From Psammoneis japonica (taxonomy: Eukaryota): a DNA stretch of 64,000 nucleotides. The stretch spans positions 124,001 through 188,000 of the forward strand of contig QPGO01000145.1 in NCBI GenBank assembly GCA_008632985.1. Direction: 5' to 3'. Numbering within the stretch: the stretch's first letter is position 1; each line of letters opens with the position of its first letter. The translations under genes and the position numbers were made by a program. Of this stretch, positions 34,200 through 46,796 are shown in pieces. The notes below the pieces were generated by a model. The model searched no databases. It was not told the origin of the DNA and worked only from the letters and a program-made list of their open reading frames with translations.

Positions 34200-36800
34200 T
34201 TCCACCCTGCAACTCCAGCAACAAGCTAACCCACACTCCCAGTGCACTGGGTGCGGCAGGAGCATGTGTCAATTGGCCAAGATTGGCATCACCCTCGGGT
34301 GATGCCATGCCAAAATGGCTTGCAATGGTTTGCATGCCTCTAACTGCCAGACGTTGGGCCTCATGGATGCTCGACTTGAACATTGGCTTTGCCACAGCCA
34401 ACCAATTCTGCACTCGGTGGGTGGAGTGAGTGAGATGTTTGTCAACTGAATCCAACAACTGAGCTCGGTCACGAGCCAAGCACTCGTCCTTCCTGGAATG
34501 GATTTCTCTGATCTCTGCCTCTGCATCTCTGCATTGCAAAGACCATCTTGTTTTTGGAATCATGTCCGTGCACTGCATCATTGTGAGATCGTCCTAGAGA
34601 TCCCACCATTGAGACCACACATGACTGCCAATCACAGCTGCCCAGTCTAATCGTCGGTCTTTGTCAGACAAGGAGCAGCACAAGCCAGAAGACAACAGGT
34701 GGGATGTTTGGGCCTCGTTCCACAGCAAAGAAAAATGCCCATTAAAGACATGTCACCATCCGACATCCTCTTGAGATCCAAATGCCTCCGTGACACCATG
34801 GTGGACTTTGTCAGAGCAAAGCATGTCTTTGTGCAAAACCAACCCTCCAAGGCACACAACAAGAGATCCCGAATCAAAGGAGAGGCATGAATGTCATCAC
34901 ACTTCTTCCGCAGTCCTTGGAGGAACGTGCGCCGCCATGATTCATTGTGCTCGCATTGCAGCATGTGGTCTCTGTCCTCGAGGGGATGTTGGCAGTGCAC
35001 GCAACAGTCCAGGCATGTGGGATTGCATGGTGGACAATTTTGTTTGTTGGCAGCAAATCTTGGACAAGTTTACAGTGCTGACCTTGCGTCTGATGTTGCA
35101 AGACATCAATTTGGAGTGAACGTGCCAGTCGACTGAGTTGTGCACCGACTCAGACCACCCGTGCTTGTCTTTCGTGTGTGTTGTGAGGGCTGGACTAGAA
35201 GCTTTGCATGAAGAACTGACTTGAACTTGGAAGTCACCAACGAACCTTGAACTGTTAACACAGCAGAACAGCGGGGCATGTGGGGAGCGAGCAAAGTGTC
35301 ACCGGCACATTTGCCTTGGAATGAGCTGGCCAACTTGTCAAACGAATGTTCAATTTAGCTGGGAAGGAAAGGGACTCATGTGGGCTGCTGTCATCTTGGT
35401 GACCTTTGATCCACTGCAGGTCAACCAAGGTGCCTGCTGAACATTCTGGGACTTGAGCCTCCAAGCTCTGCAAGGAAACAAAAACTTTGTGCACAATGTC
35501 CCAGTCAGGCAACAGCGTGTTAGCGATGTGGTGTCAATGATGATGGCTGCATTGTCTGTCAACGGCATCCCCATCGTCTGGAGGAGGTGGGAGGGAATTG
35601 AAATTTGCAACATTTTGGACCAAAAAGAAGAGTTGTCACAGAACACTTCCGTGCCTTGTGACAGAATGCCGTTGCAAAATTCCACCAGGCAAAAAAGGAA
35701 CCACAAGACAGACAAAAACCTGCAGGCTTCAGCATGACATGAAGAAGGTCAAAAACCAAAGACTGGTCCTGTGCACTCAACTGGCGTCACTCCGTTGATT
35801 GCCAACACCCATCCAAAGGTGCCCTGAAAGCACAGAACCAAACCGTCACAAAAGTTCTCCAGGGATGCTGCCATTTCAAATGTTGAAGCGTGCAGGGTGA
35901 GCTCGCAAAATGAGGTAGACTCCCATTTCGGCAAGGACTGCAACCAGTCTCGAAAATTGCTGCAGACAGGAATGGTCGGTGGGACGTCAACAGTGGAAAA
36001 CATCAACCTGAGCATCCATCTGCCATCCAAAGTTGGCCAACTAATGTGGGAGATGCCAGTGGGGAAATGTCTGGGACAGTTTCCAGCTGATGAAGAGATG
36101 CAGCACAGTCATCTTGCATGGGAAAAACCTGAAATCCAGTGTCTGATGGGATGCAAAGAAACTCTTCCGCAGGCTCACAGCAGGCTGTGTGACAAATTTG
36201 CATCTCGGACATGGGAACTGTCCACTGACCCAAAGGATGTTGTGAGGTCGCGGTGCTGTTGGCACAAAACAGGGCCATGGCACGACGCGCTGTTTCCAGG
36301 CTCAAGCAGATGGGGAGCTTGTTCAATTGGATTTGATGACAAGGTGCAACTCATCAGGGATCTTTGTCCGTTCAACATAGATTCTTCTAAGTGTCTGCCA
36401 TGGGAAGGGTGATGTCCAAAACAGCGAGCACAAAAGAAACAACCGGCAGCAATTTACCCACCAAATTTCTTATCGGAGAAAACATTCGACTCCAACACCA
36501 CATCCAAATGTGCTGATCATTGTCACGTTGCGTCAGGAGGACACCGGTGAAATCAAGCTCAAAGCATGGAAGATCCCAACAAAAGCTTTGCAAATCAAGC
36601 CACTTGGGTCATCCAGTGTGTTGAAGATTGCTGCAGCAGCAAGGTTGATTGTTTTCTTCAAGAAAATTCTGGGCCCCTGTCAAAGTTCAGAATGTGCAAC
36701 AAAAGGGTGTCAATCACAAGCCTGCATTTGACATTGCAAAGCTGCAAGAGGACGGGACTTGCCAACACATGAAAATGCTTGATCTCATTCATCATCATGT
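34200..36800 (-). mobile_element. Degenerate RNase-H-bearing non-LTR retrotransposon (Ambal-like LINE), 3' part
   Basis: GTFGWVLA, DWDIV...QWIKGHQD...LNIR (RNase H), HCQHPLEDRDHMLQC (zinc knuckle), C-terminal NWLAVAKP...QTIASHF. Fragmented across frames; boundaries approximate. Confidence 0.7.
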
Positions 36801-37004
36801 GCAGCACATCACACTGCACTGAACTCGTTTGTGTTTCAGGGGTTTCTGTGACTGCAAGTGCGAGTGGGTGCAACCACATGTGACATGTGCTTTAGTCCAT
36901 TGTGCTCTGTGTGCACCACCACCGGTTCTACACAAGTGCACAGTGCACAGATGTGCTCCTGCACTTGTGTCTGTCTTGGTGCCACTCCCAATGGACAGCA
37001 CAGA

Positions 37005-37479
37005 TTTTGATGGGCAGCTCAAATGCCACTCCCGTTGACCATGCTGCCACAGGCGCTCTCACCACTGCAGCTGAGAAGGCAAGGAGGGGGAATGGGCCTT
37101 TGTTGCCTGCTTGGTGGCTGGGGGGCAGAAAAAGCCGGTGCGCCACAAACAAGGGGGGTTTGAGGAAGGGTGTGTCAGGAGAGCAAGGCCTCAAACTGGA
37201 GATTTTGTGAACTGCAGCAATTGTTTTGTGTGTTGCATTTTTGAATGACATTGTGTTTGTGAAGTTTACCTCCAAAAATCGCTTGTCACATCATTGTCAT
37301 GTCATCTGGTTTTAGCATGTCATCAAACAGACGTTCCTTGATGACAATGATTTGGACATGCATCATCAAATGGACATGACATGTGGTCACGGATTCAATT
37401 GTTTTACCGCCAAAAACAAGCCAAGAAAAATGTGCCGCCTCTCGCTCACCTTGCTCTTTTGTGGCACCATTTGTTCCCC

Positions 37480-37480
<1 letters not shown>
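37005..37480. repeat. Right-arm segment: inverted copy of ~31290-31730 (promoter region of the zinc-finger gene)
   Basis: CCGCCAAAAACAAGCCAAGAAAAATGTGCCGCCTCTCGCTC versus reverse complement CCGCCAAAAATAAGCCACGAAAAATGCGTGCCGCCTCTCGCTC. GAGATTTTGTGAACTG and CCTCCTTGCCTTCTCAGC are also shared. Confidence 0.85.

Positions 37481-37481
<1 letters not shown>

Positions 37482-37511
<30 letters not shown>
37482..37511 (+). repeat. (CT)15 microsatellite
   Basis: Read directly from the sequence. Confidence 0.95.
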
Positions 37512-37513
<2 letters not shown>

Positions 37514-38640
37514 TCCAGAGCAGCTGGAGCTGCTCTCTGTGGGTGTCTGGTCCACCGGGTTTTTTCCTCAATTGAGGCAGCAAAATTGTCCTCAATTGAG
37601 GCAGGTGAAATGCACGGCAGACAGAAAACAACATGCCATTTTGGCAAATGACACGAGAGATGACGATGTCAATTCCATTGTGCAAAGCAGTCTCCACAAT
37701 GACAACGAAGCTGTTTTAATGCTCGTCACACTGCACTTTACATGTGCAATGTGCTTGCCTGCACCAAATTTGAATCCTGATGTCCACAAATTAGCCACAA
37801 ATGTGGGATGCGAAAATGGCCCATCACATTCATAAAAACACTTTTGACACACTTTCAGCCACCGCATCGTCTCACATTCAACACATGTCAATGCACCACA
37901 TGCTTGTCATTGTTGATTGTTGTGTTTTGGTGACACAAATTGACACAAAGATTGTTGATCTTGGTTGTTTGTTGTGACAGCAATTCTGATGCTGCAATCG
38001 CAAACAATGCTTGTTGAAAGCTCATCTGCACACAACAGCGCACTTCTCTTCATTGCAGAGAAGACATCCTGCTGCACACGCAGCACACATTTGCCATCGT
38101 TGCAGACCCAAATTTTTGAGGTGCCATTTTTTTGCGTTTTGCACTTGATCCCTCCTTTTTTCGACTGTCACTTCAATTTTGAGACTCGGGTCACCATTTC
38201 ATGGGAACTTTCTCGTAGATTCTACGACACAAATGGGCGACAGACAGACAAATGTGACAGAAGAGTCCATTTCCATCATCCCCGTGCTTTTTGTGCAGCA
38301 TGCGATGCTGACAATGGCGTGCCGCCGGTGACGCCATTGACTGATTTTTGTGAGATGAAATGCATTGGATGTGTCTTGTGGCGAGCGACAAGCACAGATG
38401 TGCGCCCATGTTGACTCTGGATGCAGTTTGTGGTTGATTTCAGTGCATCATTGTCAATGGCTTTTTTTGCAATTTTCTGCGTGAATTACGTGCAGCAACA
38501 ATGCAGGATGTTGATGACAATGGCATCATCTCAAATGATCGATTAGAGCTGTCAGACAGACACCAGTGAGCCAAATGTTGCATCAGCTGCACTTGTCATG
38601 TTCATGTTGTCACTGCAGCATGCCTGGAACCAGTGTGGAT

Positions 38641-39029
38641 GACGCGTTCCAGCCCCAGGTGGGACTCCCTGTGACATTGGGCCCACAGAATTCCACATGC
38701 GAGCTCCGCAGTGCGAGAATTTAATTGATGGATGTGGTCATCTTCAACATCAAATGAATGGCCAAGTTTGTGGTGCAATTGTGCCTCTTGCCACTCAACG
38801 TTTTTGCAAATGCACCTGCCCCAAGCGATTCTTGGGACATTGTAGAATTGCGCTGCAACAAAAAATGTCAAAAGTTTTTGGACAGATCACTCAACAAGTG
38901 CACCGCAAAATGACACAAAATGTCAAAAAATCAAGTGGAACTCCACGTGCACGACACACAACGAGATTCAAAAAACTGTCGATGTCACAGTTCAGTGGTG
39001 CGAGGTCCCACCTGGACCTGGAACGAGTC
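38641..39029 (+). mobile_element. MITE, hypermutated copy
   Basis: TIRs GACGCGTTCCAG / CTGGAACGAGTC, flanks GGAT / GGAC; colinear with 44834-45222. Confidence 0.9.
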
Positions 39030-40004
39030 GGACATTGTTTTTGTCCCCACATGGTCGCCATTGTCGCTTGTCATGTTGTGTTGCATTTTTGTGTGTCTCT
39101 GTTGCATTTTTCGATCCAACCTCATCTCTTTTTTAAAATTTTGTGCAATTTCTACATGGATGTTTTGCCGACAAAACGCCAGGAAACTGGTGTCTGATGC
39201 CTGTTTGTTCTTTCTGCAGACAGCGGCACGACAACATGCAACAACACCATGGCAAGCAACATGAACGCCGTTCACTTGTCTGCCAGCTGGCATTTCCAGA
39301 CAAGTTCAAAGCTGTTGGACAACATTTGTGCACTGCATTCATGGGTCAAGTTGGGTTCCTTCTCGTTGCTTGTTGTCGTGTCACTTTGCAATGTCTTGAC
39401 CCACGCCGTGTTTTTGCTTTGTTGCTTCTGCTCGATTGCACGCCACCGAACAGCTTTTCCTGCAGGGTGTGGCTAGCTGCTCATCACATCGAACCCAAAC
39501 GTGCGCAACCAACTAGCCCTGCCCCGGCCAACTCATGGACACACCCACCTTGTGCAGTGCGACGAGGCAAATGACCCGTTTTTGACCGTTGGGTCATGCA
39601 AACCGTTTGAATTCAAATTTGAACATGCTTGCGCGAGCTTGGCGAGCAAACAACGGTTTTTGCTCTTTTTCTCTTGCTTGTTTCACTCATTCTTCTGAAG
39701 AGCAACAAAGAGCAAGAAGCTGCTAGATGGGTTTTAACTCTGTCGACGTGGCGCAGGACACCTCCGCCGTGGCTTCTCGTTGTTCGCAGGAAGAACCTTT
39801 GTTGAGTCCATTGTGGACGCGCAACAGCAGCAAAATGCAGGTCAAGGGGCCCAAAACGCCCCCAAATGCCAACGACCCGGCTCCACCGCAAGGAGGAGCT
39901 GCAGCAGCCGCCGCGGCGGTCCCAAACGCTCCGCCACCGCCTCCGCCTCAAGTTCCGGTGCCTCCGGTGGCACCGCAAGCAGCAGGAGCCTTCGCACAGC
40001 CACC

Positions 40005-40446
40005 TGCAACACACAGCTGCTGACAAGAGTTGATGTGTCACGGCGACGTGTTGCAGCCTTTAAATGTCACAAAGGGCATGACAAAATGACCTTTTGTCTG
40101 CATGCATGCTGCATTGTCAATTCACAGCGGAGTGGTTCATCGCAACCATTGGGCAGGAGGCCAGGGGTTCGAAACCCTGAGTGGGAGTTGTCTGCAGCAA
40201 CGTTGATCACTGTCGAACGCGCAAAACTCTGTGCAGTTCTGTGTGTTCCTTGTACGCACCCACACTGTTCGCCAAAACCGTGCAGTGTCAGTGCACGTTA
40301 GCAAAGAGCCGTGTGGACGCGTGACACATGGGGAGGAGTGCAACACACAGCTGCTGGTGGAGTTGATGTGTCACGGCGACGTGTTGCAGCCTTTAAATGT
40401 CACAAAGGGCGTGACAAAAACCTTTTGTCTGCGTGCATGCTGCATT
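40005..40446 (+). mobile_element. TRIM-like mini LTR element inserted in the Ngaro gag
   Basis: Direct repeats 40005-40115 and 40339-40446; purine tract GGGGAGGAG before the second; 5-bp TSD CCACC (40000-40004, 40447-40451). Excision restores the frame AFAQPP-LGAQAVP. Confidence 0.85.
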
Positions 40447-42879
40447 CCACCACTGGGTGCCCAAGCCGTGCCGGCGGTGCCGCCGGTCATTTCGACTTGT
40501 CGTGATTTCTGCCTCACCACCGCTGACGACCCACATCGGGGGGCATGCGACGATTCGATGTTGGATTTCAAGGTCCCGGTTCAGGGACCTTCCAGATGCA
40601 ACCCTGGAACACTGCATGGGCGAGTTGCAGTGGCGTCAAGTCATGATCAGCCGATGGCAGTCATCGCACACTGTCGAGAGGCTGGTGCAGCGGATGAAGG
40701 ACAGATTCAAGTCCTCCACTGCGTCACCACTTATCCGACGACCGTGGTTGGGCCCGCCGAACCTTGGGACGGTGAGACGCATGCAACAGCGGGTGATCTA
40801 ACTCGTGGACAGTTCACTCTGGTTGAACTTGGAGACGACTCATTCAATCTAGCACAGCAGGGGACTGGGGTGCCGACTCATGCTGCACTGTTGGAGCACA
40901 TCACCAACAATGCGGATGGCCTGCATCCGCATCTGGCTGAGAATGCACAAAATTCGGAGGTCGTGCGAACCAGGAATGCAGTGCACGTGCCCTTTGAGTT
41001 TGTGCCGCTCCTGTTGGCACAACCCTTGCGCCCAAAACAAGCCCATCAGCGGGTGCACGGCGCTGCCACGGCAGCTGACAAAGTGGCTGCCATTCGACCA
41101 CTGCTCGATTTTCTTCGCGTCGCCTGCTGTGCCATTGCCAACAACCAAATGGTGTCTGTTGTGACACGACCTTGGCCTGTCATGACACGCCCCCCCAATG
41201 AAGCCCTCATTCAATTCTTTGATGCCAAGGTGTGCGTGACATCCCTGGGAGACTGGGCCATGCGCCACCCACTGCGCAGCACTTCCAGCCGGTCATGCAA
41301 GCCATTGAAGGGCTCACCACTGAGCAACGCCAACTTTGACTTGATGCTACAGCACGTCAGCAAGCGGCTGCCCGGGGCAAGGTGCCCAACAAATTTTGGG
41401 GACCTTTTGGTGTCACCAAGCTTGTGAATTGGTGCCACATCCTCAACAAGACGGCACTGCCACCTGTGTGGGCTGCACTTGCTGCAGCGCCAAAGACAGG
41501 CCGCCTGGCAGTTGTCCAAAATGCAATTGACAAGCAACGCCAGGCAATGGCCGTCCATTTTGACGCACCTGTCACCGTCAGTCTCGTCACCAAGCTCGCA
41601 CAGCTCAAATTTGCTGGTCACAATCAAGACGAGCCTGCCCAAGGCATCACCCCCTTCCAATTTGGGATCACTGCACCAGACAGCGCTGAACAGATTGCCT
41701 GCCGCAGGGCCATGTGTGTGCACATTCATGGCGGCACTGCGGCCCCGTCCCTCCAGGACACTCAAATCCTGGAAGCTCCAGACAAGCGCTCGTGGCAACG
41801 ACAATGCAAGCCACCCAGCAGTCGTACAATGGACACTGTCTGGTGCTTTCTGCTTCGCTTGGGGCCAATCATCCAGTCGTCCAGTGGCTCACCCGTCAAC
41901 GTCAAGACATGGACCGGCAACCAGTGAATTGGCAGCACAGGCCACTTGGCACCCAACCCTTCCCGCGGACTTTCAACGCTGTGCACAGATTGAAGTTCGC
42001 CGTTGCCATTTGCACCCTTCAACGTTGTGTTTGAAGTGGCCAAGGAATCGTCTGCTGGCGTCCGCACTTGCCTGCTAGCGTGCAAGCTGCCAACCCCAGT
42101 TCTGTGCTGGGGGCCGCACGGCCCCAGCATCTCAACGCCAGCCTGCCAACAACATGGCCCCTGCCAGCCAAGCTGCAGGAAGCAACAGCGCAGCCCGAAA
42201 TCCTTCCTGCGACAACTGCTTTGCCACGCTCCGTGTCCGCCCCAACGTCAGATCACACGATGTCAAAAACCGATGTGCAAGGGACAACATCGACCTCCCC
42301 AAAGATGCCCAAGGTCGCCCTCGCTGCTTCCCCTGCCATTGCAAAGGGCCATGTAACACCAACTGTGGCTCATCCTGTGATCATCGCAATGACCACACAG
42401 AAGACGAACAGGCCACCCTTCTCACCTGGGGTGAGGAGAACTGGAAGACCGAACAGGTCTTCGGCAACGGCCCAAGTTCGGGGACTTGCAGCCGAGAGCC
42501 TTCACCCGCGATGGCCGATTCGCCATCGCGTCCACAACCCCCGACTGTGGAGAGTTTCAAGAGGCAGCGCACCCACCCCACTGCCCGTGGACAGGATGTT
42601 GCTGCCGCAATCTTCAATGACAAACCAGGTGAGCACATGTGAATTGATGCTGCACCACTGCATCGTAAAGGCCTCAGTTGTTTGTTGTGTCACCGCAGTG
42701 GCAGAGGCGATTGGGGTCCACTCCATCGAGTCAAGCAACACCCAGCTCATTGACTTCTGAGCACTTGCAAGTGCCGAGGTGCCCCCATCACCGCCGCCGA
42801 TGCACCATGGACGTGTGCTGAGCTGGACGCTAGTGTCTCCAGGGGTCCACACAAATCCGCCTACGAACACATCGAGTTT

Positions 42880-44172
42880 TTGCACCAGGACATGGCTGAC
42901 ATGGTCGAAAAAGGTTTTTGGGTTGTCGTCCCCTACGAGGAAGTGCGGCACACCCCCGGTCTTCGCCCAAGTCCAATTGGCGTTGCACCTCAACATGGTC
43001 GACGTCCCCGTCCCATCGTGGACTGCACCTGCTGTGGGCTGAACACTTCCACGCAACCCAACGCTGCAATGGAAGCAATGCAATTCGGACGTGCCTTTGA
43101 CCGCCTTCTACGCCGCATCCTCCTTGCTGATCCTAAAAAAGGCACCGTCCATCTTGTGAAGATAGACCTGGCCGATGGGCATTGCCGCATGCAAGTCGCA
43201 CCAGAACAGGCTCCTGCACTTGGTGCAGTGTTCCCGAGCCAACCGGGAGAGCCACCATCAGTTGCAATTCCAACACGCTTGCCCATGGGCTGGGCCAACT
43301 CCCCGCCATTGTTCTGCACATCAATGGAAACTGTCGCCGATGTTGCCAATTTGGATTTGGTGCGCAACGTCCAAGCGCTGCCACATCCGCTGGAAGTGCT
43401 CTTAGACAGCCGCCCGCCGAAGCACCAACCACCACAAGTTGCTGCAGCTTCACAGGCCGTGCCCATTCCTGACACGCCCAACCCACACCTTCGACCGCGT
43501 CGGCGCCGCCGCTTGCAATGCATCGACATCTATGTCGATGACTTCCTTGGTGCTGCACAAGGATCCAAACGAGCCCGGCGCAACGTCCACCGTGTGATGC
43601 TGCACGCTCTCGATGACGTCTTTCGCCCACTCAATGCACACGACCCAGCCACCTGCAAGGAGCCCGTCTCCATCAAGAAGCTCCGCCAGGGTGATGCCAC
43701 ATGGTCCACGCAGAAAGAAGTCCTGGGATGGCTCACAGATGCTCGCGCCATGACCATCCGGCTCACGCCCCATCGGCGTGCCCGACTTCGTACAACACTG
43801 CACAAGGATTTCCTCCACACACGTAAACATGCCACCATCTCTGATTGTCAGAAGCTGCTGGGAGAGCTGTGCTCTTTGAGCATTGCCATCCCTGGCTCCC
43901 GGGGTCTCTTCTCAGCACTCCAAGAAAATCTCCGACATGCCACGCCGGACTCACGCATCCGGATCTCCGCCACTGCGCACTGCGCACTGGATGACTTTCG
44001 GGATCTAGAATCTACCCTGGACACCCGACCCGCTCGCATTCAAGAATTGGTTCCACCAAGACCAACACTCACCGGTTGTCATGATGCTGCAGGTCACGGT
44101 GCAGGCGGCGTCCTTCTGCCAACCAGTGCCACAGCACCTGGAGCAGCCACTCTCTGTTTCGGCAATTGCTGA
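42880..44172 (+). pseudogene. Ngaro reverse transcriptase / start of RNase H
   Basis: RPSPIGVAPQHGRRPRPIVDC, MQFGRAF, VKIDLADGHCR, LPMGWANSPPLFC, CIDIYVDDFLG, VLGW. Confidence 0.9.
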
Positions 44173-44649
44173 CGCTGTCAACAGAGAGATGCGGGTCCCT
44201 CAGTGTGGCAGCTGCCTTTCCCCAAAAGTGTCAGCAGTCAACTCTCCACTTTCTCCAACCCGCGAGGTCCCATCACCAACACAGACCTAGAACTTGCCGG
44301 CTGTGTCATCCAGTCCTGCGGTGCCGCCGACTGCTTTGACATCCGTGAACGTGCTGACCTTTCACGCACCGACAATTCAGGCACCATGCGCTGGCAACGT
44401 AAAGGTGCCACCACCACCGTCAAACCCGCCTCCCGGTTGCTTCGACACCAATGCCACCATCAACACCACCATCACCACTTGGGGTTGCATGGCTGCTTGC
44501 CTGGGTGCCTCAACACTGCCGCTGACGATGCCTCCCGCCTGCAGTCTTTATCTGGCCATGAATTCCTGTGCCATTTTAATTTCTGCTATCCGCAGACACT
44601 CTCCTGGCGTCTCTGGACGCCTCCACCAGAGCCGAGTTCATGCGTGATC

Positions 44650-46150
44650 TCAATTCTGCTTAACACGCCGTCCAGCATGGCGTCGCCTCTTCCCGAGCCT
44701 CCGCCGCCAACACCCATTGGGACAAATGGCGAGAGTTCTGCTCCTCTTTGGCCATCGACCCACTCCTCGAAGACATTGACGACCCCGTTGTCTTCCTCCA
44801 AGTCTTCCTGCACCGCCACCGCACAGGAGTCCTGACGCGTTCCAGCCCTAGGTGGGACTCCGTGTGACATTTGGCCCGTAGAATTCTACGTGCGAGCTCC
44901 GTAGTACGAGAATTTAATCAATGGATGTGTCCATCTTCAACATCAAATAAACGGCCAAGTTTGTGGTGCAATTATGCCTCTTACCACTCGACGTTTTTGC
45001 AAATGCACCTGCCCTGCGCGATTTTTAAGACATTGTGGAATCGCGCTGTAACAAAAAATGTCAAAAGTTTTTGGACGGATCGCTCAACAAGTGCACCGTA
45101 AAATGACACAAAATGTCAAAAAATCACGTAGAATTCTACGTGCGCGACATGCGACGAGATTCAAAAAACCATCGATGTCACAGTTCAGTAGTGCGAGGTC
45201 CCACCTAGACCTGGAACGCGTCTCCTCGCGCCGATGGGCAATCCCATCCGTGGAAGAACTGCTGAAGATGCCACACGTTCGGTTGGCCAAACATTCGCTG
45301 CAATGGGGGCCCCGGATCCACGCCACACATCCCAAGGCACAATGGATTTCCGTCTTGCCCGGCAAGTCTGTTTTTACAAGAAGCAGGATCCACCCCCAGA
45401 CCGCACAAAACCTGCCCCAATTGCAGCGCTGCAATGGATTATGACAGCCGCAGCCCTCAGCAATGACCCGGGCACACAAGCTGTTGCTGACATGATTGTA
45501 ATCGCCTTTTTCTTTTTGTTGCGGCCTGGCGAGTGCACCGCAACACCATCCGATGCCACCCCCTTTCGTCTCGCCGATGTCCAGCTTGCGTCCGGTGGTG
45601 CTTGTCTTGTTGCCATGCAAGTTCCACTTGCTCACCTTGACACAGTGACCTTCGCTGCTCTCACATTCACCACCCAGAAAAATGGAGTGCGAGGCGAAGT
45701 TCCAGGGCTCGGTCTTTCCGGTCACCCTCACCTGTGCCCGGTTCAAGCCCTCATCCGCCGTGTCCAACACTTGCGCACCCATGGTGTGCTCCCTGACACA
45801 CCCCTTGGTGTTTGCTTTCAAAACAACACCTGGTGTCGTGTGTCCCTGGCCGACATCACCAGCATGCTTCGCAATGCTGTCACTGCTCTCGGTCCGGCTA
45901 ATCTCGGCTTCATCACCCGAGACATCACCGCTCGGTGTCTTCGTGCCGCTGGGGCAATGGCCCTCCTTTGTGCCCGCGTTGACACCGATCTCATTCAGCT
46001 CTCAGGCCGCTGGCGATCCGACGAAATGTTGCGATGCCTGCATTTGCAAGCAGAACCAGTCATGCGCAACTTCGCTCATGACATGCTCGCCGGTGGCGAC
46101 TTCGTCCTGCACCCCAATGCTGACGTCCCTCAGAATCCTTCAAGACGCCT
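44650..46150 (+). pseudogene. Ngaro tyrosine recombinase, interrupted by a MITE and with catalytic Tyr->Cys
   Basis: Removing 44834-45226 joins HWDKWREFC...HRTGVL to APMGNPIRGRTAED. Also FFFLLRPGEC, TQKNG, LCPV, GRWRSDEMLRCLH (TGC 46035-46037 where Tyr is expected). Confidence 0.88.
44834..45222 (+). mobile_element. MITE, young unmutated copy, 4-bp TSD
   Basis: TIRs GACGCGTTCCAG.CCTAGGTGGGAC / GTCCCACCTAG.CCTGGAACGCGTC; TSD TCCT (44830-44833, 45223-45226). Retains many TA. Confidence 0.93.
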
Positions 46151-46796
46151 GATCACCACAGCCCTCCAGCCTCAACCCACCCACCCTCCCAAGAGTGCAT
46201 GGCACTGTGGGTGGCACTGGAAGGCCCTGCCGTTCCAGCTTGGGTTTTTGGGAATGAGGCTTGCGCATCCGCCAGTGAAGCCATTCCAGTCCATCACTGG
46301 AAGATCTCTAGATGGCGCTAGAGAGCCGCAGGAGAAGGAACAAGACGGGCGGTGTGAGCCGCCCACCTTGTGCAGTGCGACGAGGCAAATGACCCGTTTT
46401 TGACCGTTGGGTCATGCAAGCCGTTTGAATTCAAATTTGAACGTGCTTGCGCGAGCTTGGCAAGCAAACAACGGTTTTTGCTCTTTTTCTCTTGCTTGTT
46501 TCACTCATTCTTCCAAAGAGCAACAAAGAGCAAGAAGCCGCTAGACAGTTTTTAATGCTCCCACCTCTCCCGCCCTCTGGCCCTGCCGGTCCAGCTTGGG
46601 TTTTTGGGAATGAGGCTTGCGCGTCCGCCAGCAAAGCCATTCCAGTCCATCACTGGAAGATCTCTAGATGGCACTGGAGAGCCGCAGGAGAAGGATTGTG
46701 CCGGGCACCGGGCATGATGTTGCAACTTACAACTGCATCGCCAATCCAAATCCTGAAGCCCCTGCTGCGACAAGCACCACACCTTACAACACCACC

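Larger units (their letters stand above)
39544..46695 (+). mobile_element. Ngaro-type tyrosine-recombinase retrotransposon with split direct repeats A1...B1-A2-B2
   Basis: A1 39544-39727 = A2 46362-46545; B1 46223-46339 = B2 46579-46695. Gag-like region with CFPCHCKGPCNTNC..CDH finger; RT (KIDLADG, RLPMGWANSP, IYVDDF); RNase H (HDAAG, ITNTDLELAG, TDN); YR (LLRPGE, LRAAGA, GRWRS). Confidence 0.93.

Noticed and set aside
37566..37604. Repeated palindrome CCTCAATTGAGG
   Set aside because: It may be a TE subterminal motif, but I found no matching other end or TSD.
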